Origin: Sphaerodactylus townsendi
Taxonomy: Eukaryota
Direction of reading: 5' to 3'
NCBI RefSeq assembly: GCF_021028975.2
Contig: NC_059430.1
Coordinates: 33,480,001 to 33,544,000 of the forward strand
DNA: 64,000 nt
Of this stretch, positions 26,010 to 38,990 are shown piece by piece. Each line of letters starts with the position of its first letter. Within the stretch, counting starts at the first letter, position 1. Under the pieces are notes generated by a model. That model was given only the letters and a program-made list of their open reading frames with translations. It searched no databases and had not been told where the DNA came from. The translations under genes and the position numbers were made by a program.

Positions 26010-26556
26010 TGTAACCCCCATGCCCAGAATGGATTGGCTCAGAATGAGTTGACCCAGTAAGGGGGTGGAGACTCAGAGCAGCAAGAGGCTGCAGCAGAGA
26101 GCTCTTTGGAGAAGACAAGGGTACCAGACTCGGACCTTGATTTCTATAAGCCCTTAACACCTTGTTAAGGTAATTGCAATATTGTTGGGAACTACTGGGA
26201 AGGTAGTTGTTTGTTTTTGCTATGTTGTAAATGTTGGAGTTATTGTTTCAGGGTTTCTTTTGTGGTTGTAATGGGTGAGAGTTCTCCTGGAAACCTTCAT
26301 CATGTTGCAACCTGTTCATCAAGCCCTTGGAGTCTTCAGGAGCCAGCCAACTTGCAAAGAAGAATTTGGACTTGGCAATATCAGTAGACTGTAAATAGAA
26401 GGACTTGAAATGCAACCTGAACAGAACCTTGAATTGTAAATGTTAAATGTTTTTAAAGTGTTATTTGTAAAGAGAAGTAAACTGTTTTGTTTAAATTTGC
26501 TCCTTTGCAAACTCATTCCAAGTACTGCCCCACAGAACCCACAAGCTGAGGTTACA
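26010..26556 (+). mobile_element. Solo LTR (Gypsy/ERV-type)
   Basis: tgtaacc...ggttaca termini, 4-bp TSD atat (26006-26009; 26557-26560), agtaaa poly(A)-like signal near 26475. Confidence 0.85.
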
Positions 26557-27300
26557 ATATCATCATGCTGGGGTGCTTCGCCACTGTAAGTCTGCGTCCT
26601 CCCGTCAACAGGACAGCTTCCCTAATTAAAAGAGAAGTCTACTTATTATTGAATTGACATTTGAGTACCCTTAGGACAGTGTTCCAACTCTTAGATCTCT
26701 TGATGCCTTCTGCTCTATTCTGGGATGGGGAACAAGTGAACAATATTCAAATACTACTTTTGCAAAAGGCCTATAGGCTACAAAAATCATCTACAGGTTT
26801 GTCATGAAACACTACAGGGGTGCAGTTAAGGAAAGAGTGCAGTTTAATATTTTATTTTAAGAGATGGTTTCAAATACAACACTATTTTTAAATGTAAACC
26901 TTAAAAAACCATGATTTTCCATTTAAGTATTTATGGATTTCAAAAGAGCTGAAAAACTAATGGTGTTTGAGAAGGAAAAGACGAGAAGACGATAGTAACA
27001 TTATTTTCAAAGGTATCATATCCCACAGAATGAAAAAACACCTCACAACTTTATAAGGTACTGTGGAATAATCCTCAACATTATAACCAGGGAAAACAGA
27101 AATTCCATACAGTTCCCTGGAACTCTTGTTGCATCATCTTCCATGTTTTAACAGTGTGCTTTTTGTCAGGTTTGCAGCTATTTTGCAGCACTCTGATTTA
27201 GCAAACTTCACACACTACTTCCAGGCCATAAGCTGTTGCTGTTTTTATTTAGAGGACTCTGAAAGAGCTAGGCTGAAAAGCCAAGCAGAAGTAAAACCAA

Positions 27301-27590
27301 GGTGTTTTCCGCATGGACCATGTATCCTGGGATAAGAAGGTGAAACATCCCGATTTGGCCATGAATTCCGCATGGCTTCTGGGTCTGACTCGGGCCCTCC
27401 CCGCGAGATTTCCCTTACCCCGCGACTTTCAAAAAACAATAAATTGGTGGTTCTTTTATTTAAAAAAACCATGCTGATCCTGCCTCGCCACCTGCAGCCA
27501 ATCAGAATATCGGAAAAAGGGACAGTTCATGAATGCACGGCAACGTTGGTGAGAAAAATTAAAATAAACTGGGGGCCATGCGTAATCACC
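27301..27590. mobile_element. PIF/Harbinger-like MITE
   Basis: Imperfect TIR ggtgttttccgcatggacc / ggccatgcgtaatcacc, similar in style to the 60.9-kb MITE. CpG-rich interior; TSD not evident. Confidence 0.55.
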
Positions 27591-29555
27591 TGGAGTTCTT
27601 CCTCCTGGCCTGAACGCACTGATGGGCTGCCATGCGGAGGGAGAAACCAAGAAAGAATCATAGTATGTATAGTTTCTATACATAAATAATGCCTCATTAA
27701 GCTCTGAAGTGTCTCCATTTGTGCAAGTCACAACAGGATAAGACTTACACAAGATCATAGCCTTTCATTCCACAGTAATAAATCTAGAACACTGTAACGA
27801 CATCATTTCAGTATTCTCAATTACTGTGAATTTTACTGGTTGAACCCAAGTTCCAGTGCTACAAAATATATGAGCACTATAAGCTGATATACAGCTCAGA
27901 TACCAGCAATTGTACAAAATGCAGTCACCATGGCTGCAAACTATCCCCCCCACACACACACACAAACACACATATGGGTGCACAACTCACAATAAGTAGG
28001 ATAGTAGACTCAGGTTTCAAATTGGTTTCTTATTACTACACTAAACTAAAACCCCTCAAGTTAAAATAGTCTTTTACAGTGTTAAAGAGGTTTGTAGAAT
28101 GTTGTCTTGCATATTTATGTTTCCAAACACTGATGCTATACTAGGTTTTCTTACTGCCCTAAAGCAACAAATTATGATATATTACTTAGACAAATTGGGG
28201 TCTTATTTAATGGTTAGCATATTAAAATCTGACAGTTATATGAAAACTGCAAAACAAAAATCCTCTGAAGAAGTGAGATAGAACACATTCTTGCTTTCAA
28301 GACAGAAATGAAAATATTTCTCCCCCTCTTTTAAAACCAAAACATTAAAAAGGTAATTATCTTCAGAAAGAACACACTACTTTCCCCTCCGAGCAGAGAA
28401 AGACACCACAGTTTGGTAGTAAACAAACACATTAAGTATTCCAACTTTCCTTCACAATTAAACAATTGGATATTACCATGGGATGCAATTATAATTAAAT
28501 TCTGAAGATTTTTAGTTAAACAGCTAAATAGGAAAAATTGGTTCATTTTTGAGTGGTTAAACACCTGCAGGAGACCAATCATTAAGTTTTAGCAGGCGCA
28601 CACATACTTTGAATGGAAATGTTTCCCTGCAAAGAAAGAAAAGGTCAGCTTCCAAGCAGATAACAACTCTGAGCTTATATTGTTCACAAATGGATTTTGC
28701 TTCATGCAATCCCTCTATGGAAGAAATCACACCTCCAGAAATCTCACTGTGAAGGAGGCTACACACAGAGACAGCTGATGAGCTGCAGAACTGAGTATCA
28801 ACAAAGAAAAACTACTCAAAAAAGAACACTTGTATCATAAAGACAAGAAATAATAATTTTAAAAACCCTGAAGCTGCATCAAAAGAAAGAGCATAATAAA
28901 ATTAGAGGCAGAAGACAGCCGATTCTGTGAGAACCCAATGAGAAAAGACACTCAGAAATGGGGGCGGGCACTCAAGACTGCCACACTATTATTCATGAAG
29001 TGATCCATTTAAACGATACAGCAAAAAAGCCACAGCAAGACAAATTTCTTTAAAATTGCAACTGATGTTAAAATCACAGAAAGGAGGGGGATGATAAAAA
29101 AAAATCAGGTGGCTTGCAAAGACATTCAAAAACCTTTCTGAACAGTTAGGTCTGTACCATTTACGTAAGTAAAAGTGACGGAGATTAGCAGATTTTCCTG
29201 GGCATGGCTTTCCACATACATAATGCCACATTGAAGGTGGTGACTTGAAGATGGGAACCCAGAATCACTGCAAGGAGGGAAGGAGATCAAAAGAGTTGGT
29301 CTAGTCAGCACGCAGGGCTTGGCCAAGCGGACACTGCCTTCCCCACCGCCCCACAAGGAACAGGATCTGCATGAGATGAATTTGGCTGGGAAGGAGGCAC
29401 CTCCTTTCTCCCCATGCATTGAGGGGTTCACACAGTGAGAGTCTTTGCTGAGCACTGCCTCCCTCCAGTAGTTGGAACCCCTAAACCTAGCAGCAATTTG
29501 CAGTGCAATCATAAACAGAGTTCCACCATTCTAACTTCAATGCAGCAACTCTACA

Positions 29556-29760
29556 GGAGCCAGTGTGGTGCAGCAGTTAAGAACGGCAGATTCTAAACTG
29601 GAGAACCAGGTTTGATTCCCCATATTTCTGCATGAAGCCTAATCCGCCCCACCTACCTCAAAAGGTGCCTGTTGTGGGGAAAAAAGGTATTGTGATTGTA
29701 AGACACTTTGAGACTGCTTAAGGTAAACGAAACCGAGGTATAAAAATCAACTCTTCTTCT
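29556..29760 (+). mobile_element. Squam3-like tRNA SINE (internally deleted)
   Basis: ggagccagtgtggtgcagcagttaag head, ggtttgattcccc B box, L2-like tail ending (ttc)n. Confidence 0.8.
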
Positions 29761-32096
29761 ACAGATTGGGAAATTCCTGGAGATTTGGGGGAGGAGCTTG
29801 AGGAAGGCATGATTTGAGGAGGGGAGGAACATTAGTGGGATGTCATGCCTTAGAGTCCACCCTACAAAACAACCATTTTCTTCCGGGAAGGTGATCCCAG
29901 TAGTCAGGAGGTCAGTTGTAATTCCAGGAGATCTCCAGGCCCCATCTAGTGGTTAACAACCCACCTTCTAGTCAAGCATCTGTATATGAGAGCCTGTGAT
30001 ACCTTTAATTATTTCACAGGAAACAGCGCAACTGCCATGCTGACCTAAGCCAATAAGGGCATTCTTGTCCTCTACCTAGAACTCAACAATTTATCATACT
30101 TTGGTCCAAGTCCCATGGTAAATGGTCACATGCATGTCATCTAATATTCCTATTACTTGTTCATTATTAAAAAGGCAAAGATTATGTTGGAAAACCTTTT
30201 TATAAAAAGTAAAAGTAATTCACAACTGTACATGTTTAGGTACCAAGAAACTTGTTCCTTAGCAACAGCAACATTTTTATGTAGAACATTTCAGGCTGAC
30301 TTGCTTCTAAATGTAATACAGTACAATGCAATTTAAATTTGCTTATCATTATGACAAAGACGTTAAAGATGGTTTTGTAACAGTAACACAACAGCTTTCA
30401 AAGCAGTCTGTGGCCCCAATTGCATGTTTTAAGATAACTTTATTAGAGTTTATGTAAGAAGGTTTATTAGTAGTGTTGTGTAGACTTCCCAACTCTAATC
30501 TGGACTTGGGGGCTTTGATCCCAATTATGCCTCCTCTCACCAACAACTAAGATTGTTCAGTGGAATTCTGATAAAGGTTCCATCATATGTAGATGCTACT
30601 ATAATAACCTCTAGAAGAAAAGGTGCCTTTTTTGGTGAAAGAGTTGAATCTTTGATGCTTTGCAATTTCTCTTTGATTCTGTTGTCTCCAGAGGGGACAA
30701 AAGTGGCATCATGCCTCTCTAGGCAACACATCTTTCTAGGAATTGCTACAGTTGGCTGAAATCACTTCCAGGTTTTTACTGGAAGTGATGTCATGCCATA
30801 GCCTGGTGTTGATTTCATCTAAAATAATTTTTCTACTACTAGCTGAAGAAGTGGTGGCAGGAAACAAGAAAAAGAGGTAGAATATGCCCCACACCCAGTG
30901 GGAACATGGCAGTCCTAACTCAAACATTAATTCCCTATACAAGGAGCAGCATCAACCAAAGGTTGTACAACAAACATTCCTACAGTGTGAAAGTCAACCT
31001 CGTGATCTCTCATTGTGCTTTCTACGACCATTTTCCAGCATGGTCCAATATTACATCTACTACCTGTGAAGGGAGAAAGGTCAATACCTAGAGGATGAAA
31101 AGATTTAACCCTTCAACTTCTAACATGCAAAGTATGTTTTGTCCAAGAATAACTGATAAACAGAAGGAAGGGGCCACACCAATACAGAGTCCAGGATGAG
31201 AAGAAAACAGAGGTGCCGTGGGAAAAACATATTTTATTTGTATTAGTAGATCCCCATTCAGATCTACAGATACAAATAAAATGTATATTTTTACTTTTCT
31301 TCCAAGAATAGTTGATAATCAAGAGTCTACAGAAATACAGCTCAGAAGAGCAATCACAAAAGGACATTGAATGCCAGCTCTCCAGAAGGATAGCTAAATA
31401 TAAGCCCTGAGTCTGTCAAAAAGTCTTTGGCAGCTCATATATAGGCAGATACCACAAAAGAAGACAACATTGTAGTTTCTACCAACATAAGCATACAAAC
31501 AATAGTTTGATACATGAATTTTCAAGCTCTTACATTCCTCTTGTGTTTTCACTGAAGCAACAGCATAGCAAGTATTCACATTTCCCAGAATTCTGTGCCA
31601 ATAGCACCACCACCACTGGACAACTACTATTGGTGGTAGTAGCAGTAATAATACACCTGCTGAAGAGCAGTAGTCAAGAAGGTAGAGCCAACAATACAAG
31701 AGACCAGATGTTGTCCCAGCAAAGGCTGAGGGTGAAATGAGATCTTAAACAGTTCTGCAAAGGACGCTGAGATGCAAACCTTGCCTTTCAAGAGCAGGCC
31801 ACTAGTCCTTGAATGGTCTGTGCCTGGTTATGGTGGTGAGTATTCCAATGGGGTCAGTTGGGCTTTGTGAGGCTCAAGGGGTCAGTTGGAGGAGAGAACT
31901 CAAGTTCTGCAGTGGGCTCTGCGGTGGAGAGGACCCTGAAGCCCAAGACAAAGGGCTGTATCCCAGGGTAAGAGGGCTGATTCAGACTCCTCAAGCTCCT
32001 CAAATCTCAAGTGTCTCCTCTTGTGGTGGTGGTAGGTGCTCAGCCTCCTCTTCCAAGTCTTCAGTTTCTGTCTCATGAGAAGGAGTCTGTACTCTG

Positions 32097-32190
32097 GGGT
32101 GTTGTGGGGTTTCTGGGCTATATGGCCGTGTTCCAGTAGCATTTTCTCCAGACGTTTCACCTGCATCTGTGGTTGGTATCTTCAGAGGAC
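32097..32190 (-). mobile_element. 94-bp Penelope-like pLTR insertion consisting essentially of a hammerhead ribozyme
   Basis: Minus strand tcctCTGAAGAtaccaaccacagatgcaggtGAAAcgtctgga...; 13-bp TSD agtctgtactctg (32084-32096; 32191-32203). Confidence 0.85.
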
Positions 32191-33409
32191 AGTCTGTACT
32201 CTGTTTCACAACACTACTTGCATTTTATTCTTCCTTCATCATGTTTTATTTAGATTATTTATACAGTCCTAATGACTCCTGGTTTCCATTGAGCCAGGGA
32301 CTCTAGAGGACCCTCCTCTTAACAGTACTACAATACCTTGCTGGAGGAAAAATCGTCTCTGCTACCCTTCAGTACCACAACTGTAGCTGGTCAGAGGATG
32401 ATGTTATAGCTACCAACACAGCTGGAATCAGATGACACAAGAAATCAGCAGTATTCTGCTTCATCCTATAAAGCTGTTGACTCTAGACCAGTTCCTCAGT
32501 CTAAGCAGGAGCCTGAGTTCCCTCCCTATGTGACAATGCAGAGGAATCCAGCAGCCTTGACCACCAGCCTTGACCACCATGCAGAGGAATCCAGCAGCCT
32601 TGACCACCAGCCCTGATATCTAGCTGTCATCCACAAAGTACTTCCATCTTTCCACACAGTGCATTTAACTGTAGAAGTCTATGGATAGCTTTGTGGTCTC
32701 TTACATTTGGTTTAAGACTTCAGTTTCCCTATTTGATCTCTTTCTGAAAACTATACTTATCGGAATGTATTATTAAATCTTTGGCTAGCTGGCTGCTTTT
32801 GTTTTCATGTAATCAGCCTTGCAGCGACTTTAAAAAGATCAAGTGCCTTACCCATTATACAACAAGAAATGCAATATGCTTCTCCAGCAGTTTTGATACA
32901 GTTAATATCTTCCACTGCGCTATACTCTAAAAAGTGAGCAACCTGTTACAGCAGATGTAGGCAACCCCCAGCACGCATTTTGAAGTTGGGCATGCCAGAC
33001 CATTTTGCTTAGCACATGGGGAAGTTCTGATGCAACAAGTACAGATTTTTGAGGCACAGGAGCAGTGGCTTGGGAGAAGATTATGTCTATGCCTTATGGC
33101 TGTCATTGCCTGCCAGATTCATGCAGCCACCAGTTGGGTCAAGGTCAACCAAAGGACTGACAAAATTGTTGTACCATGCCTGGCTTCTACTGTTTGTGGT
33201 CAAGTATTCCCCCCAAAACATACATACACACACCTTTTTTTTGTCAGCACACTACTATCTTCACAGGTAGATTATGTGTTTTTCAGAGCATTCGGCCCAG
33301 AGAGATTGCCTACTTTAGTAATTCCCATCCTTTTTGATATGACCCACATATCCAAATTTACTCGGTATGGTGTTTTTTTTTAATGCCTGAGGCAAACTAC
33401 AACCTTTTA

Positions 33410-33645
33410 AGGTTCTAGGTACAGGAAAAGAGATTCATCCTAAACATTAGGAAGAACTTCTTGACAGTAAGAGCTGTTTGACAGAGGAATACACTGCCTT
33501 GGAGTGTGGTAGAATCTCCTCCTTTGGAGGTTTTTAAACAGAGACTGGATGGCCCGCTGTGAGGAATGCTTTGATTGTGTATTCCTGCATTGCAGGGGGT
33601 TAATGGCCCTTCTGGTCTTTTCCAACTCTATGATTCTATGATTCT
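33410..33645 (+). mobile_element. CR1 3' end (different subfamily)
   Basis: aacattaggaagaacttcttgacagtaagagctg...ttccaactctatgattctatgattct, an (attctatg)n tail. Confidence 0.85.
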
Positions 33646-34479
33646 TTGCACCCGCTTACGTCTGCATTCCATTTGCTACAGTGGCTCAGATGTTTTTGAG
33701 AAACCAGCAAACATCACACAATGGGTGCAGCTGCCCCACTATGAATCTCAGGCCAAATGGCATTCTGGCATACACACTATGCACACACAAAGACTTTGTC
33801 CAGCCTCTCTTTCACCATTGCACCTTCTAATCCCCCCTAAGATCCTAAGAAACTCATTCTAGTAACCAACTAAACACATTTTACTTGATCAACATGGATA
33901 TGCAGTAAAGAAAAAAACAACAACTAACATACAACATGAAAATACTATTTGCAGGGTCAGATCTTGTTTTCCAAAATACAAAACAGAGCAATGGAAAGGG
34001 CAAGAGTGGCCACTAGGAAGGGCTGACCTGCAACCTACTTTCAGAGGCTTCACAACTCATTTTTGGGACCCAGCACAAAGGTTGCGAAACCCTGGATTAC
34101 ATTTAAACAGCTGAGATTCACAAATGTGCAGATACACACAGAGACTTATGTGCCTGGGTAAGAAAACAGTGTGCTATCCTTTTGATTCCACTTTATTTAC
34201 AAGGACAAATACTGTAATTAAATGTTTTGGCACTTCCTATATCCAAGCAGATTGGTTTGAGAATGCTGGGAAAAAAGTCATCCAAAGGCTGTGTACTTTA
34301 TAGGTCATACAGATTAACAGCTAGAGTCTTAACCGTTCTCAATTACATCACAGCCAAACTAACTGATGGCAGTATTCCCAACTTCTGCATCCAGTCTAAA
34401 AACTGTGATGCACTAGATGATTATAATTTCTGCTATTCACATGACTACAAGAAGAATAGTCTGACTCAGTGAAAAAAAC

Positions 34480-35025
34480 AAATGAAAGTGAAATACCTAG
34501 GAGAGGTCTTGTAAAATATGAATAGCAAGTTACTTCAAAATAATTATGTCAAAATATAGAATGAAGTTAAAAGGATCTTTCAAGGTGGAATAAACTGACG
34601 TTGTCACTCTTAGGTAGAATTTTGGTGATTAAAATGAATGTTTTACCAAGAATGTTATTCTTATTTCAAACAGTTCTGATACCGTTAAGTGATACTTTCT
34701 TTAAACAGGGGTAAAAGGACATGTCAAGCATTATATGGCAGGGAAAGAGACTTCCGGTCAAACTAAAGATACTACAAGATGCAAAAGAAAAGGGGGGGGG
34801 GGGGATTAGGCCTACCTCACCTAAGGCTATATTTTGCATCCTGTTGTTTAGTTTGGTTGAAGGAATGGATCACATTAAGAAATAAAAGACTGCTGGATCT
34901 AGAAGGACATGACTTGAAATTTGGATGGCCTGCATATTTATGGTATGATAAGGTTGAAGTAAATATTTTACTAGCCATTATATTAGGCATGCCATACTGA
35001 GAATATGGACTAAATTTAAACCTAG
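34480..35025 (+). mobile_element. L1/Tx1-like ORF2 internal fragment
   Basis: KYLG; IKMNVLPRMLFLFQ; GGLGLPHLRLYFASCCLVWLKEW. Confidence 0.75.
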
Positions 35026-35220
35026 ATTATTTATTTATTTATTTATTCATTCATTCATTCATTCATTCATTCATTCTTTGGATTTTTATACCGCCCTATC
35101 CCCTAGGGGCTCCGGGCGGTGTACAACATATAGACATAATACAGTCATAAAATAGCTAAAACCTTTAAAAACAGCGATAGAAACAATAAAAGACTGAGTA
35201 TAGCAAATATAATAAACTAA
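35026..35220 (-). mobile_element. Short L2-type 3' tail with (ttta)/(ttca)n microsatellite; relatives at ~15510-15640, 19700-19830 and 58010-58100
   Basis: tttttataccgccctatcccctaggggctccgggcggtgtacaac terminal stem-loop next to the microsatellite. Confidence 0.6.
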
Positions 35221-36242
35221 AGAAATGACATAGAAGTCTACAAAAATGATGCAAAAAGGCCTGTCTAACCCATTTGTTTGTAGCATCTGGAATTCAAAAG
35301 CCTATGGCCTCTCTAACTGCCAGTTCTAAACATTTGCACCAGAGTATCTGTCTGTCATGATGTGAAGCTATAATCTCATTCTAATGGCAGCCTGACATCA
35401 TGCTTCAATAGGCTTGCCATTGGTTGGTGTCCCCAGATGAAACCCTTAAGACTGGAATCAAGACAGTAGACAAACCAAAAATACAGGGAACTGTTGAATA
35501 CATTCTCACTCTCTTGACATCACTGTTCTGGGAAAAAATATGAGTCAGCAATCTTTTTATATAGACATGACAGTTTTCTCTTGAGAATTTCTGAACTGGA
35601 CTAACAGTAACCTCTTCTTTTGAAAGAAGAAAGTACCACAAATCATTCATATACTTGGAAGCAGGGATACTTGGAAGCAGGGAGTCATTTATTCCTATTA
35701 AATAATGCTGAAATATTATACCCATCAGCAGTCCACCCTAAGCCTTAAGGGTGTCCTAAGTTTGGCCACCCAACCTGCCCCTCACCCAACCTTACTGTAG
35801 GGAGTGGGAAGATGATGACTATCCTCCTCCCCTGCACTGAAGTGAGGTGGCATGCATCATTCTTCTTAATTCAGCTATCAACATTTCCGGGCCACATCTG
35901 GATTCTTCCCTAGAAACATCCTCAGTCCCAGCCTTATTCAAGTTCTTCTGCCTATACCTTCCCTTCCCACATTTCCCAGTTTCACTATTTGCTTATCTTT
36001 CTGGCAGGGCGTTGGAATAGACAAGAACACATACGAAGCTGCCTTATACTGAATTAGACAATTGGTCTACTCAGACAGCACCGTCACTCCAGAGACTCAT
36101 TTAGTGGACTATTACATCACCTATTTTCTGGTCCTCTTAAGTGGAGATGCCAGGAATTGAACCTGGGATCATCTGCATGCAAAGCAGATGCTCTTCCACT
36201 GAGCCAGAGCCCCCTCCCGCTCAAACCTACTAAATGATATGT

Positions 36243-36447
36243 TGAAGAAGAAGAAGAAGTTGGATTTATATCCCTCCTTTCTCTCCTATAGGAGACTCAA
36301 ATGGGCTTACAAACTCCTTTCCCTTCTCCCCTCACAACAAACACCCTGTGTGGTGGGTGGGGCTGAGAGAGCTCTGAAGTACTGTGACTAGCCCAAGGTC
36401 ACCCAGCTGGCGTGTGTGGGAGATTACAGGCTAATCTGAATTCCCTA
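36243..36447 (-). mobile_element. Squam3-like SINE, 3' part
   Basis: (gaa)n tail, ttggatttatatcc, cccaaggtcacccagctgg core. Confidence 0.8.
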
Positions 36448-38773
36448 GTTTAATGCTTTGTACTGTATGAGGGGGGTCCCTATCCTGAATTTATATCTAT
36501 GGTATCTTTGAATCGACAGACTTTGCATCCATTAATAAAGTAACATTACTATAGTCATAGGTCCTTACACTGTGTAGTCCAGATTTCACTGATAGGTATC
36601 TCTTGGCTGGCTGGCTGGCTGGCTTTAGAAATCTGTCTGGAATTACACTGTAGACTTCTCAGTTCAGCCCTTGCCTGGTATCTGACTGCCTTTGGACCAG
36701 CTTCAAATCAAGCCAGGATTTCTACTTCACTTCCTAGAATGTTCAGATGCCCACTGCCCAGCACAGTCACGTGTACAACAAAGCTGCCTTGAACCATGAG
36801 GAAAAGTGTAGTATAAATGTTTTAATTAATAAATCAATAAAAACTTAGATATCAAGAGCCACAAGTTACCAAAAATTCATAATATTATTCATAAGAGATT
36901 CACAGAAGGTGATTTTCTCCCCCTCCTTATAACCTTCCTCCCCCTCCCTTTTTTTTAATTCAGTCACAGCAGACTAATTCCACATTACGCCTGGTTGTTT
37001 CTTAGCCCAGGGGAACCACACCGATCTAAGAAAGTACAACAGTCATTGGTTTCTTTCTAAACTATTAGCTGAATGTCTTAGTACTCAGAAGTAGCAGGGG
37101 AAGTTCACATAAAGTTTAAGACAAAAACAAAGGGAGCCTTGGGCAAATCATTATCTCCTAAATTAATCTGGGCCTCAGAGGATTTGTGAAGAAATAGATG
37201 AAATGAGGAAACAGAACACTGGATGTGCTAGATGCCCATGCAAGCACTATATTGATCGTGTTCAGTTCTTAAGCAATTTCAACTCTATGCTATCTACACA
37301 GAACATACAACAAAACTCTATAGAATCCCCGAAAATAATGAAGATGTCATCAATAAAATGTTTAAAAATAATAATGCATCAAAAAAGAATTGGCAGAAGA
37401 AGGGAAGAAAAAGTCCTTTTCAAAAAGCGTTCATAAATAATAAATAATGTAATTATGTTTGGGGCTACAACCAATCCCATAGCAGCCCCATTGGTTTTAT
37501 TGAAAAGTTGTTCACCAAACAGATTTTTTTTTCAAAATAATATCTAATAATTGCATAAGGGTTGTACAATAATTATACAATAATTGTATAAGGGTATTGT
37601 TTTTTTAATGTTTATATCAAATATTTTCAATTTCTATTTGAGTTTCATGCAGCAGGAATATTAGTGTATAGTGAATTAATGTCAAGGGTCACAAAAACCG
37701 CACCGTTGGGGATTGTCATCCCCTCAACCTTATTAATGAAGTCTGTACTGTCTCTAATGAAATTCCAGCTGCTCATTGAGGATGAAAAATGCCATGAATT
37801 GGGTGGGTGATAATAATGCAATACACCTTTATTTCAATAAATAATCTCATTTTAATACCACAGCCTGCCCAAATAGCTGTAAAGGTTTCAATGGTGTTGA
37901 TGGTAAAGTAACCTTGAGTGCATTCCACAGCCCGGGCGATGGGCCAGCTTCAACTGCGGAGACTTTATCTCTGCGCGGGAGATGAGGTCTCCGTTCCCAT
38001 GGGAAGCCGGGTGGGGGATGGGTTGGATAGAGTTATAACCTGTGCTTCTGGCGGGAAGTGTCATTCCTGCCACTGCGTGTACTTGAGCTTTCTAAGATGT
38101 CTGAATAAACGGTCTTTTTCACCAAAGAGCCTTTTATTTCTGCTTCTATGGAATTCCTTACAATAGCTATATAAATGTGATGCATGGCGCTCATTCAAAA
38201 AGATAAAGGGAAGAGGTGATTTCAAGAGAAGCGCTGCTTGGGTGAGCCACCGTTTCAAAAGCATCAATCCTGAACTGTGGTTAGAATGTGAAATATGGAT
38301 GCTGCAGCTGCATCCTGACTATCAACACTTCTGTCTTTCAACAGATGTGCATCCAAGATGAAACAGAGACATTCTGGAATGACTTTAGAACAAAGGGGGG
38401 GGGGAGGAAAAGGGCCTCTCACTGCAATTTTTAACCTTCCCCTCAGTCATCAAATGGAGTCATTTCTACCTGAATCACTCTCTGATATGTGGAGACCATA
38501 TGTGCTATGGCAAAGCACAAAGGAGAATGAAAAGAACTGTAGAGACCAATGGAGTAACATCAGATTTTCCAGAATCATGGAGAACCTAAGGAGGTTACCA
38601 AAAGTTCATTAACAATGGTATCAGTAATAGCAGACAACAGTCCTGTTTTCTCCAAGAGTCTCTATTTACCAATATTTTTAGTTTTTAGTTACTCACTAAT
38701 AAATCACTGCCCCAGTTTTTTTTTACTTGATGAGCTGCTACATTCATATTTTATTAGTATGAATTAATATGAG

Positions 38774-38990
38774 GAGAGCCAGCATGAGTGGTGCCCTCTA
38801 ATCTGGAGTGCTGGGTTCATTTCCCCACTCCTCCACATGAAGCCTGCTGGGTGACCTTGAACCAGTCACAGTTCTCTCAGAACTCTCCAAACCCACACAG
38901 AGACAGGCATTGGCAAGCCACCTCTGAAAGTCTCTTGTCTTGAAAACCCTATGGAGTCAGCATAAGTGATCTGTGACTTGACAGCAAAAA
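38774..38990 (+). mobile_element. tRNA/CORE head SINE with Sauria-type tail
   Basis: gagagccagc...ctctaatctggag...gctgggtgacctt core, then cacctctgaaagtctcttgtcttgaaaaccctatggagtc...gacttgacagc. Confidence 0.7.

Noticed and set aside
27301-27700. CpG-rich segment with CCAAT box as a promoter, and overlapping ORFs
   Set aside because: Bounded by imperfect TIRs; better explained as a Harbinger-like MITE.
30500-32700. Possible decayed DIRS/LTR internal sequence
   Set aside because: Composition is suggestive but I could not recover any diagnostic protein motif or termini.
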